64,000 bases of DNA from the human T2T-CHM13v2.0 reference genome, Homo sapiens, in the NCBI RefSeq assembly GCF_009914755.1, contig NC_060942.1; one strand, written 5' to 3'. Shown here piece by piece: positions 40,097 to 52,369 of the stretch. Each line of letters starts with the position of its first letter. Within the stretch, counting starts at the first letter, position 1. Below the pieces are notes generated by a model. The model did no database searches and was not told where the DNA came from. It worked only from the letters and a program-made list of their open reading frames with translations. The position numbers and the translations under genes were made by a program.

Positions 40097-41029
40097 ACAT
40101 ATTGGTCTTGTTTGATGTTTGCTTTCCTGTGAAATCAAATTATGATCGTGCAATTATCAATAAATCTACTGACTTAGAAAAACAAATTAAAAATACTACC
40201 TCATAATCATCACAGTATCATCTGCTCACAAAAAACAAGGGCCATCAGCTCATAGGAGGGGCTCATAGGAGGTGGCTTTAACCTGCCCTTCCACTGTCTT
40301 ACAGCTATTCTTATTGTCAGTGATGTGTAAAAAAATAAAATGGCAGGTGGCAACCTCATAAATCTTCAACATTGAACAAATAGTATAAATTAGAGAAATG
40401 AAAAACAAAAAGAAGAGTAACTGCTTTCTCAAAGGAACAAAGCAACAAAATTCATCACAGGAAGATGTCTTCTGAAGGTTGTACAAAGTGTTGACAGTTT
40501 TTCATTTTGGAATTTTGGTCATGCCAGAAACAATGGCAGTGCTAAGGAAATTAAAATAGAAATTTTAGAGAAGCATTTATTTTGAAGACTAATTGAGTTT
40601 AAATCATGCATGTTTTTAAGGAGGCAACATCTGCTTGAAGTGTCTTGGCTATCTCTTAATGCCATCTGCATGAACAGGTGGGACACGTGCCAGGTTGTGG
40701 GCAAGCAAGGAACACTGCCACCACCTATCTCTCCAGATGCTCAAACTCCACCTGAAGCCTCAGTGATTGGAGCCCTGGTGAAGGGAAAGTTGGGAAGGGA
40801 GGTGCCTCAGGCTCACCTTCGATAACTTTACACTGACTACAGCCTGAATGCACATCTGCAATGCAGTTTTGCATCACTGGCTTCTGATAAACTAAGGCCG
40901 CTCTGCCTGTTAACACCCTCTTCAAGCCCAGGACCTCATCTATCCCAGCCAGATACGTCCTGATGCACACTTGTGTAAATATCTGCATATGTAGAGACTG
41001 TGGTGTCAAGAGCCCTGTTTCTCATTTTG

Positions 41030-43200
41030 TTATTTATTTTTTTAGCTTTTGAACTAATATAGAGTGCAGTCGACTTTTTGGTATATGGTTCTCTTGAGTT
41101 TTAAAGCATATAAATTCATGCAATGACCACTGCAGTCAGGATTTAAAACAGTCCCATCTTCCAACAAAACTCTTGTGTTGCCCTTTTGTAGTTGTACCCT
41201 CAACCCACCTCTGGCACCTGGTAACCACTTATGTATTCCCCATCACTGTGGTTTTGTCTTTTCAAGAATGTCCTGTAAATAGCATGTAACCTTTTGAGAC
41301 TGGCTTCTTTCACTCATCATGATGCCTTTGAGATTCATTCAAGTCATTGTACATATCTATAGTTTGTTCCTTTTATTGCCGAGTGCTATTGCATTGCAGG
41401 GAATCTACTACAATTTATATATTCACTGCTCAAGAATATTTAGCTTGGTCCAGTTTTTGGCAGTTATGAATAAAGCTACTACAAATATTCATGTACAAGT
41501 GTTTGTGTCAAAGTAAGTTTCCATTTTTCTAGGATAAATATCCAAGAATGGAATTGCTGGATCATATGGTAATTCTATGTTTAATCTTTTGAGGAACTAC
41601 AGCTTGTCCTCTATTCTCTAACAGTGTCTATCACAAAGCAAAAGTTTTTAACTGGATAAAGTTTGGTTTATTATCTTATTCTTTTTTGGTATCATGTCTA
41701 AGAATTTTTTGCCTAACGTGGGTTATAAAAGTTTTCTCCTATGTTTTCTTCTAAAAGTTTCATAGTATTCCATTTTACTTTTAGATCTGTGATCCATTTT
41801 GAGTTTGTTTACGTATAGTGTAAGGTTTAACTTGAGGTTGCTTTTTTTGCATATAGAGTCTAGTTGTTCTAACACCATTTGTTGAAAATAATATCCTCTC
41901 TCTATTGAATTGCCTTGCACCTTTTTCAAAATCAATGGGCCACATTTATGTGTCCTGTTCTGAACTGTCTGCTCTGTCCCATCGATCTAGGTGTCTATCC
42001 TTGTACCAATGACACATTGTCTTAATTACTATAGCTTTTTATTTATTAAAGTCAGGTTATACGATTTCTCCAAGGTTACTCTTTTTCAAATTTAGTTGTT
42101 CTAGTTCTTCTGCTTTACCGTGTAACTTTTAGAATCAGCTTGTCTCTATGAGGTAGGAGAGCAGCAGGACTTGTTTTCTGGTCCCAACCCTGATGACCAA
42201 AACAGGATCTGGTTCAGATGGGATAAAGCAAAAAAACTGACAAAAACCACAGATGGTGACAAAAGCAATCCTTAGCTGCCCTCATTGCTCATAGGTATAA
42301 GCTACTCCCACTAAAGCCATGACAATTTATAAATGCCATGGCAACAACCCACAAGTTACCACCCCTTTCCAGGGCAAGACCAAAAACTTACTGCCCCTTT
42401 CCTAGAAAGTTCTAAACAACCCACCCCTCAATTTGTGTTGACCTGGCTTTTAATTTGCATATAATTGAAAATAGATTTACATGAGTATAAATACAGTTGC
42501 CAAGAACCCATACTTTGCTGACTCTGGGCACACTGCCTAGGAGTTAGCCCAGCTCCAGAAGGAGCAGTACTGTTCAATAAAAAATTTCAGTCTATCACCA
42601 CCAGCTTGCCCTTGAATTCTTTCCTGGTTAAAGCCAAAAACCATCCCAGGCTAAGTCCCAGTTTTGGGGCTCACCTGTCCTGCATCATATATCTACAAAA
42701 AATTATACTGGTATTTTGATTGGAATTGAATTAAATCTATAGATCAATTTTGGAAGAATTAACATCTTGTCTGCGTTGAGTCTTTCAATCCATGAATATA
42801 GTATGTCTCTCCATGTGTTTATTATTTGTTTCTATCTTCGATTGCTTTCATCAGCATTTTCTAGTTTCCAGCATAAAGACACTTAACAGGATTTGTTAGA
42901 GTTATACCTATGCGTTTCACTGTAAATAGCATTTAAAAAAATTTTAGTTTATTATAAATGTATAGATAACGAACTAATAAGATGGATTTTTGTGTATTGA
43001 CCCTATATCATACAACATTGTTAAACTCACTTCTTTGTTTTAGAAATTTTTTGTAGATTCCTTATAGTTTTTTATGCAGACAATTATGACATCTGTGTGT
43101 ATGAGCAGGTTTTTCCTTTCCAGTCTGTATGCCTTTTATTTCTTTTATGTGCCTGGCTAAGATTTCCATATGGTGTTCAATAGGAATAGTAGGAGTAGAC
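41030..43200 (-). mobile_element. Old L1M (L1MB/MC-like) fragment interrupted by an LTR
   Basis: Antisense L1 text (ggaattgctggatcatatggtaattctatgttta; caccatttgttgaaaa); resumes seamlessly after 42687. Confidence 0.8.
42149..42687 (+). mobile_element. ERV1 MER4-group solo LTR (MER66-like)
   Basis: tgaggtaggagagcagcaggacttgttttc...tataaata...aataaa...gaattctttcctgg...cctgcatca; TG..CA termini. Confidence 0.8.
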
Positions 43201-43855
43201 ATGAGAATTTTTACTTTAAAAAATGTAATCACAAAGGAATTTGAGCGTAGGAGAATCATAAGTATTCTGGTGCCTTTTTGCCTTCTCTGCCTTCCACAAT
43301 TGATTTTTACCAGAAACAAATAGAAGTAAAAAGGTATACTTTTTTATTAGCTTGTATTTATGGATACCGTCATGATTTTTTCTGCAATCAGACTTAAGTT
43401 TAGTATTACTTAAGGTACTATCATTTCTATGTAAGTTTTGAAATACAGTTAAAATGATTATATGTCACATGAACAAAAGTCAATCTGAGTTCTTTGAAAA
43501 TGATTCATTTTTATAAGCTTTTAAATTAATGCAGGAGAAGTGCTACAAAGCATATCTTTTTTACATGTCTTACTCTACTTCCTAGGGAATAGGGAGCTGT
43601 TCTCTAATCTTGTGTTTTGTTTTTCATCTTTCTCTCACCTCTCATCTCCCTTTCTTGCCTAGAATGTCCTATGTGTGTGAGACCCTGAAAATTTGGGTCA
43701 AGTTGCTTCAAGTATATTTGGTTTATGACAATATAACACCTGTACATACCTCTACTACCTGGTTGGAAAATTATAATATGAATTTTATAACATTGAAGGG
43801 ACAGGGGAGGGTCCATCACTAAGAGAAAATATACTATATCATCTCCTATTTCCAG

Positions 43856-44038
43856 AAAATTCTAACGATGATTCCCACCGATGAGGAGAAGCAGAAAATC
43901 CAGGAAGCTCAGCTGGCCAACCCTGAAATCCCCCTGGGCAGTGCAGAGCAGTTCCTCCTCACCCTGTCCTCCATCAGCGAGCTCTCTGCACGACTTCACC
44001 TCTGGGCATTCAAAATGGATTATGAAACTACAGAAAAG
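43856..44038 (+). CDS. FHOD3: FHOD3 coding exon (~exon 21), FH2
   Basis: Acceptor ctatttccAG, donor AAG|GTAAGC; 183 nt; [15 protein letters not shown]...[32 protein letters not shown]. Confidence 0.97.
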
Positions 44039-44687
44039 GTAAGCTCTCTGTAAGAGAGGCCGCTGATCCCACATCCACAGTGTTGAGAAAGGCAGTTTTT
44101 CATTGATCAGTACTAAGGCAGTGAAATATCATTCTTGGCATAGGGTACGGAGGGTGAATTGACAATGAGGAGGTCGTGTGTACACCAAGTGATCAGCAGC
44201 TGGCCAATGAAGGCTGATTCTAAAGTGTCTGCCTGGTGCCAGCCTCAGACACTAGATTGTGGGCACCAGGTCACTGATTACAAAACAAAACAATTACATT
44301 TTTTTTTCAGATCCTATATTCTCATTGTAGAAAATATGGAAAATACAGAAAAGCACAATATAGAAAATTTCCTATAATCCTTCCACGTGATGATAATCAC
44401 CTAAACTGCCAGTGATTGTGGCAATTAGCAGGTCTTTTTATGTTGCCTATTGCAAGAGTTTGGGAGGGGAACAGAAGGAAATGGGCCTTAATGGAGAAAG
44501 CTTGAGGAGGCTCCTCCTGAGTAGAAAGCAGAGGACATGGGCATCCTCTCTGGAATAGGGCAGTGGGAGTTTTTCGCAGGCTGAACAGAAGGAGCCAGTG
44601 TAGAAGAAAAGGAGGAGATGGAAAGTGAACTGTGTGGGATCTTAGTTGAGAGGAAGTCTGCAGAAGAGAGATTCTATAGCCCAGGTG

Positions 44688-44984
44688 AGCCAGGTGCAGT
44701 GGCTCACACCTGTAATCCCAGCACTTTGGGAGGCTGAGGCAGGAGGATGGCTTGAAGCCTGGAGTTCAAGACCAACCTGGGCATCATAGTGAGACCCTGT
44801 CTCTACAGAAATTTTAAAAACTTAGCCAGGTGTTGTGGCATGTACTTGTAGTCCCAGCTACTCAGGAGGCTGTGGCAGGAGGATCACTTGGGGCCAGGAG
44901 TTCAAGGCTGCAGTAGGCTATAATCACCTTACTGTACTCTAGCCTGGGCAACAGAGTGAGACCTCCATCTCTAAAAAAAATAAA
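44688..44984 (+). mobile_element. AluJ-like element
   Basis: Dimeric Alu with aggaggatggcttgaagcctggagttc and gagttcaaggctgcagt. Confidence 0.93.
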
Positions 44985-45936
44985 GCCAAGTGGGGAGGCT
45001 GTGTGGTCTCCATCTTCTGGCAAAGGAAGGAGCAAGGTCCTGTACTGAGGGCCAGATGGTGGTGGGTTTGGGGGACTTTAGAAGGGAACTACAGTATTTG
45101 AATTCATCAGGAAGTCAAGCAGAGAGGAAGACACCTAGGGATTGCTGAGGTGACTGCTATGACTGGGTCACAAGACCAGACAGCATGCTCAGGTGACTTT
45201 TTTTAGCCAAGGGAGGTAACATCAGGGAGAAAACAGATCACTGGGTCAGCCTGGCAAGACCTGGGCTGGAGAAACTGAAGCTGGATTTCCTGGCTTTGGG
45301 ATATAGGCTGGGGGAGAGCCTCAGTCAAGACAAAGGAGTGGGGGCCACAGAATAACAGCAGTGAGGGTGGGGGAGATGGAGGCCATGAGGCTACAGAGCA
45401 GGCTGGAGGTCTGAGGGAGGGTGATCATGAAAGCAGTGGGGTAGAGGGCAGTAGCCTTCTAGTGAGCAGCCCAGGCTGCCAGGTGGCTAGCCGTGGAGTG
45501 CCTTGAGGGGAGGAGGAGGCCTGGGGCAGTTCAGGGACATCGAGCGCACAACTTTCATTGCCAATCTGCCTGGAAGGACAAAAAGCAAAGAAGAAGACTG
45601 TGGTCTAGAAGCCGAAGGAAGATGAGAAGGAAGAGTGTCCGAGGAGTCAGCCACAGCCAGAAAGGAGAGTAAGAGGAGGGCATTCCCTAAGGCAGAAATG
45701 GGGAGTCCAGAGCCCTTGTCACCCCAGCACAAGGTCCTTTTGGTCTCCACTGCAGGGTCTGGGGAGTAGAGGCTCTCCCTGCCACACGTTTCCATACCTA
45801 GGAGCAATGCCCATCGCGGGGGATTGCCTTGTGCTGGGGAGAACACCGTGTGTTATTCCCTTATACAAAAAGTCAGAAGAACAAAGTAAACCCAAATTGT
45901 ACACTCTTTATTGTCTAATTTTTTTTTAACTGAAAG

Positions 45937-46056
45937 GAAGTAGCAGAACCACTCCTGGACCTGAAGGAAGGAATAGACCAGTTGGAGAACAATAAAACCT
46001 TGGGCTTTATCCTGTCTACTCTCTTAGCCATTGGGAACTTTCTAAATGGAACTAAT
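45937..46056 (+). CDS. FHOD3: FHOD3 coding exon (~exon 22), FH2 with GNFLN motif
   Basis: Acceptor ttttttaactgaAAG, donor AAT|GTAAGT; 120 nt; [40 protein letters not shown] (the GNxxN FH2 post motif). Confidence 0.96.
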
Positions 46057-46228
46057 GTAAGTCATCCCCATCCCTCATCCTGTAGCCCCCCCTTGTCACA
46101 AAATCCCTGCCCAGCAATTGCTGATGAAGGTTGTACCTCAGGTTCCCCAAAGCACAGTGGAACAAATGACTTTTGTGTCTTCTTGCTGAAAATCTAGAAG
46201 GAATTTGTTCTTAAGATATCAGGGCCTA

Positions 46229-46556
<328 letters not shown>

Positions 46557-46743
46557 TCAATCTGTGTCTTGCTATAAATAAGAAAACAGAAAAACACACA
46601 CATGATTCTTTATGAAGTGTAACTACTCTCAAACTTGACATTGGAAAACTTCCTTCTGCCCCATTTTTTTTCTGAGCTTATCACTCAAATACTCATGCTT
46701 ATAAGCATTTTGATGCTTAAAGAAAAACAACTGTTTAAAAATC

Positions 46744-46872
46744 TTTTTTTTAAGTTCTGGGGTACATTTGCAAGATATACAGGTTTGTTACATTGGTAAA
46801 CATGTGCCCTGGTAGTTTGCTGCCCCTATCAACCCATCACCTAGGTATTAAGCCCAGCATGCATTAGCTATT
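46744..46872 (-). mobile_element. 5'-truncated L1PA 3' end
   Basis: ttttaagttctggggtacat...ctaggtattaagcccagcatgcattagctatt; TSD-like aagaaaaacaactgtttaaaa/aagaaacgcaactttttaaaa. Confidence 0.85.
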
Positions 46873-47231
46873 AAGAAACGCAACTTTTTAAAATTGGCTC
46901 AGCTTTGTCCAGGAAGTAGACAACAACAGGCAAAGGGAGGAAGAAGTAGATAGGCAGATGTCAGAGCCCAGCCCCACAGCACCCTGATTTAGGGGTGAGC
47001 CCTGGGACATGGCTCATGGCTGTGGTGGGAAAGGGCTAGAGGCTCCCTCATTCTCAGGGTGGCTGGCCCATGTGTGATCAGCCATGGATCATGGAGCATG
47101 TGGCCCCAGGAGCTTCAGCCACAGAGAAACTGAATGTTGGGTGACTGCAGCCAAGAATTGATCCTAACCATCCTGTGCTATTCTCTAAGAGCCTGCTTGA
47201 AACATGTCTTTTATTGATGTTTGCAAAACAG

Positions 47232-47393
47232 GCCAAAGCGTTTGAGTTAAGCTACCTCGAGAAGGTTCCAGAAGTCAAAGACACAGTGCACAAGCAGTCG
47301 CTTCTCCACCATGTGTGCACCATGGTGGTAGAAAACTTCCCAGACAGCTCCGATCTGTACTCGGAGATCGGGGCCATCACCAGGTCAGCCAAG
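47232..47393 (+). CDS. FHOD3: FHOD3 coding exon (~exon 23), FH2 post
   Basis: Acceptor ttgcaaaacAG, donor AAG|GTATGT; 162 nt; [38 protein letters not shown]...ITRSAK. Confidence 0.97.
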
Positions 47394-48866
47394 GTATGTC
47401 TGTGGACGCTGAGGAGTGGGCCTGGTCTCGCTGCAGCCACGGGATCTTTATCGGTCATCCTCGAGGAACACGAGCCCTATTAAGTAAAATGCCCAAGTGC
47501 TGCCTGCATTCTCTGCTCTGGAGTTTATGAATATGATTTGTTTTGTGGCATTTCTAATGAACTTTTAAGATCTTTTTCCTATCTCTGGTTCTCAGTCAGA
47601 TTCTTTCCTACTGAGGTATGCAAGGCAAGCCTGCCATCCCATTCCTAAACCCTGCGTCCACTGTTAGGCAGTGTTACTCACCAGGGTGGATTCTCCAGAA
47701 CGCTGAAACAGCACAGCTTGTCTTAGGTGGCAACCATGTCAAAAAGATGCAATTTGGCTCTTCCTGAGATGTCCATAGGACCTTGCAGTGAGGTGTGGAG
47801 CCAGAAAACAGGGCCCTCCCGGCTCCTGCTCCCCACAGATAGGCAGTCCCTATGATCTTGCCCAGAGGGAACATTTTTATAGAGCTGTAAACAGTATATG
47901 GCCTTGGCCCTCAGCTGCAAGCTCTTAAAGCGAGTGCAGAGTTAATATCTTCATGAACTTATGCTTCATTAGAAAAGAGACAGTCACAGTATGTGGACAC
48001 CTGGCTGCCTCTAGTGCAGGGGGTCACTGAGGCTGACCAACTCCTAGAGGGATCCCAAACACACCAGAACTGGGAGATGTGAAGGTCTTAGGAGCACAGG
48101 AAACTCGCTAGGGGAGAGGGCAGGGGTGGAAAATACCCTTAAATAGGGCACAGCAACCAGGCTAGTGTGAAGGAACCTTCTAGAAACACTCCTGGCTGGA
48201 GCATGAGAGCTGGAAGTACTGGGGTGTGTTGGAATCCAGCATGAGAGGAAGAGAGAGAGTGGTGGGCAAAGGTGGGGAAGGATGTGGGTTGGCTGCTGAG
48301 GCCTGCTTCAAGGGGCCCTCCCTCTCTGTCTGCCTTCTGCCACAGCCCTGGCTTGTGGGGACCTGGTGGCCGAGAGCCTCCTCCACCTACCTCCAGAGCC
48401 ACAGGCTGGCCTCTGCCAGGTGCACCGAGCAGGGGACCCTGAACTGGCCTATCAGAATTTTTTTCTAAGCCTCATTGTATCATGAGAAAGCGAAGCCTTT
48501 CCTATCTGGACTCAGGATTCCTTTGGTTTCAGACAAATCATTTTCCCCAAAGTGCCATGAAACCCTGCATACCTGAATCCCAGGGCTTTGCCTAAACTCG
48601 CCTTCTCTTTCTGATGCAATAGCATCAGGAAGCCCAGTACATACGGTGTCTTGCATGCCTCCCTGCCTCACACCAGACACGACACTGCGTGTCTTTATCC
48701 TGTTGGTGCCACAGATCCTCACAGAATCCACCTTTGCGAACTCTTTCCCCTTCATTGTCCTTCTAAGGGTGGGCCTGGAGGTCTGAAGTCACTCCAGCAA
48801 GTCCCCTGTGGGCTTCAGAAGGCCCTGCTCGTTGCCTCTGTCAGTGGCCCCTAAGTAGCAACGGCT

Positions 48867-49090
48867 TACCTCCGCGCCCCTGCTCACCTCCACGCATCTC
48901 CCGCTCAGCCCCTCCCGACCCCGTACCCTCTGTGCACCTCCCGCTCACCCCCCGCCACACCCTCCATGCACCTGCCACTCATCCCCCCACCTGCACCCTC
49001 CGCTCACTTCCTGCTGACCCCCGTGTACCTCCCGCTCATCCCCGCCACACCCTCCACGCACCTCGTGCTCAACCCCGCGCACCTCCTGCT
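48867..49090. repeat. Degenerate C-rich minisatellite
   Basis: Recurrent units related to gcacctcccgctcacccccgccacaccctcca. Confidence 0.8.
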
Positions 49091-50144
49091 GCTCTGACTT
49101 TTGCTTGCTGGACACAGCCTTTCCCATCTTAGCTACTTTCCATCCACCTCAGTCCCCTCCTTTCAGCACACCCACTTACCTATTTCTTCCTCCGCTCCTG
49201 TCCTTCACAATTTCTTTCCCCATCCCTTTGTTAAATGTGGCCCTCTGATGTATTTTTTTCATGACTAAAAATCTCTCTGATTTATGTAATTTTTAGTCTG
49301 GAAATTCTATAAAATCATCACCTTAGAAAACCTCATCTCAGTCTCCTTCAGGCAATCCAGCCTGTCTGCACGTCCCTGAATACACAGCCAGCACTCTGTT
49401 ACATCTGTCCCTTGCATGTGTGATGTGCATCTGCTGGCAACCCTCACCCACACACAGGCACACACACGAGCCTGGTGGGGTCTGTGTGTCCTTCAGAGTT
49501 TGGGAATCACCTGTGGGTACAGTTAGCCTCCTTGAGAACAGGAAGTTGTCTTATTCAGCATTTGTGTTTATGTTCAATGCCTGGCTTAGAGACTGGTGTA
49601 TGCTAGTTTCTCCATGAGTGTTGGTGGAATGAGTGAGTGGGCAGGTGAATAAAACAACTTGTCACTCACATTATAAAGGAGATCATCACGAAGAGAAGCT
49701 GGCTGCCCATTAGTTGGTCCCCAGCATAGCAGAGCCATCTTCATAGGACTAGGGTGCATTTCTCAACTTTAAGAGAAATATTATCGCTGAAGAATAAGAG
49801 TGCTCTGAAAAAAATTTATGAGACATCTTCTTAGTTCATCTTGTACTAGGGTTCCTTGATATCATGTTTTAATTTACAGTTCCCAAAGATTTATTTCTAA
49901 ATATGGCCAAAAAAGGTAACACATGTATTAAGTTCATTTGGAGAACAGTTTTATCACTAAATAATGTGATGTCAAGATAATGACAGATACACATGTGAAT
50001 AATTTTTAGGCTGTAAATATGTTTGCATTTCAAAATGTGAATTTCGTTTTGATGTTTGTTTCTCCCCAGAGGCAGTTTTGTCTCTCAGTTCAGGCTGGTG
50101 TCCGGCGGTTTCAGTGTTTGCAGTGTTCTCGCTCTGATTTTCAG

Positions 50145-50335
50145 GTTGACTTTGATCAACTTCAGGATAATTTATGTCAGATGGAGAGAAGATGCAAAGC
50201 TTCATGGGATCACCTCAAGGCAATTGCAAAACATGAAATGAAACCAGTTTTAAAACAACGGATGTCAGAGTTCCTGAAAGACTGTGCAGAGCGAATTATA
50301 ATTTTAAAGATTGTCCATAGAAGGATAATCAACAG
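50145..50335 (+). CDS. FHOD3: FHOD3 coding exon (~exon 24), FH2
   Basis: Acceptor gattttcAG, donor AG|GTAAGT; 191 nt, phase 0-2; VDFDQLQDNLCQMERRCKASWDHL...IVHRRIIN(R). Confidence 0.95.
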
Positions 50336-51553
50336 GTAAGTGGATTGAGGAACTTATAGAAATATCAGTACAATGGCATATTGAAAAATTTGTACTGGAA
50401 ATTAAGAGCCGATGGTTAAATTTACAGATTTTTTGTACATTCTTGGTACATAGCAAGTACACTGATGATACAGATGTTTAACAGTTTCATGGATAATTAA
50501 TTTTTCTTACACAATAATATAATGCCATCAAACCTCAAAGTTGGAAGGAATCTCAGAAATAATTTGATCCAAAAATCCTACCTATCAGGAACTGCGTCTG
50601 TAAGATTTCTAACAAATTGAACCCTGCATCTCTGGGTCTGCTGGAAGAATTTCACCTATAGAGAGGACACTCCCTTTCAAGGCAGCTCTCTTTGTTAGAA
50701 AAGTTCCTCCTTTACCTGATCTGCAGCTGGCCTTCGGAGGACCTTCCAGTAACAGATCCTCCAACAGCTGCTTAGCTATGCCACAGCCTACCTGAGGGAG
50801 GTCCAAGCTCCATCACAGCACTGTCCTCTGGACCAGCCCTCCTCAGAGTCACAGGATCCAAGAGGACCCTGGAGACACAGCAGTGATGTGTCAGACCTTG
50901 TTGTGCCCACAAGGAGAATGGGGTCTGGAACAGCCCATGGCTGTCCAGGGCCGTGCCACCAGAAAGCAGTGGTAGCCCGAAGACTAGAACCTGGATCTTC
51001 TATCTTCCCAGGCCAGGGCCTTTCCTACCATGTGCTACCACTCTCTTCTCCTTTGCTTTGTCACAGAACACGGTTGAGGGACCCTCACCCATTCTTCCTT
51101 CCTCCCTCCCTCCCTGCCTTTCCTTTCTTTCCTCATCTCCTTCTTTCACCTTCCTTAAGCCTATACAGAACTTTTTAAAACCTGATACTTTTATCTGCAC
51201 ATGAACCCTCTCCCAGCTTGTGTCAGTTTCTGCTTTGATATTCATACTCCCTGGGTCTCCATTCAGACCACTGAGAAAATGGCAAGTAGTTTTTAAAGTT
51301 GGACGGGACAAAAATAAGAAGCAGAATCTTCCCTCCAGGTTGACAACTATCCGTCAGTCAGTTCTTTTGGAATTTAATTGTTCAACTATAAATCTCCCTG
51401 ACTATCTATCTAGACCTTCTGGCTGTCCTTCCTTCCTCAAGGGAACTTTTAGGATATTTTGTCAGATTTCTTACTGAAATCAAAGAGGCAGGGAATGTGA
51501 GCTGGTTTGGCCCTCCATGCTTTGTATGATGCAAGCAATTCCCCATTTAAAAT

Positions 51554-51582
51554 ACACGCACGCGCACACACACACACACACA

Positions 51583-51610
<28 letters not shown>
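51554..51610. repeat. (CA)n compound microsatellite
   Basis: acacgcacgcgc(ac)n a (ac)n. Confidence 0.95.
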
Positions 51611-51613
<3 letters not shown>

Positions 51614-52369
51614 GAGAGAACCAACTATTATTTGGAACGTCATGAAACTGGAGTAATTTTATGAATGTCTTATAAAGCTGTTGAGCTTGGTTATGTTAAC
51701 CATTTTATCCCAGACAGATTAAAAACTCAGTTTGGTGGTGTGTCTATTTCTTAAGCTATAAAGTATTTGCTCTGATTATCCCATTCTCCTTGGTAAGCTG
51801 GTCACCCAGATGATGGCTGCTCCCGCCTCACCTGTCCACATCCTACTGGGGATGACCAGGAGGAGCCAGAAGTTCACTGTGGTTTTGGTGTGGGTAGTAA
51901 AAGGGGCGTGGCTAAAGGGAGGTGGTACCCGGAAGTGGCCAGTCCAAAGTATCTAAACCGTAGAACCCTGTGTTCAAATGAAGTCTTTAGCTGGAGCGCT
52001 GTATGTAGAACTGATTAAAGCAGGACTCTCTTGTTGAAATTGAGATGGAGGACTGAGAGCCCCAAGGACTGTGCCTCATTTTTCCTTCCCCCTCCCACCA
52101 ACAGTCCTCAGGATCATAGCTGAGGATGGCTGTGATTTTTTTTTTTTTAAACTTAACACATTGGGAAACTGAGGCACAGAAAGGACCCTAGTTCAGGGCC
52201 TTACAGCTGGTAACCAGAGGGATCATCTTAGTCATGCAAATGAGCCTGCCTAAATACTTATATTTTGATGTCAGATCAAAAAGTTTCAAAAGGTGTCTCT
52301 TTGGGTAAAACCTACTTTTTGAAACTGTTTCCTGGCTAAGAAAATTTTGTTTTGGATGTTCAAACCTGC

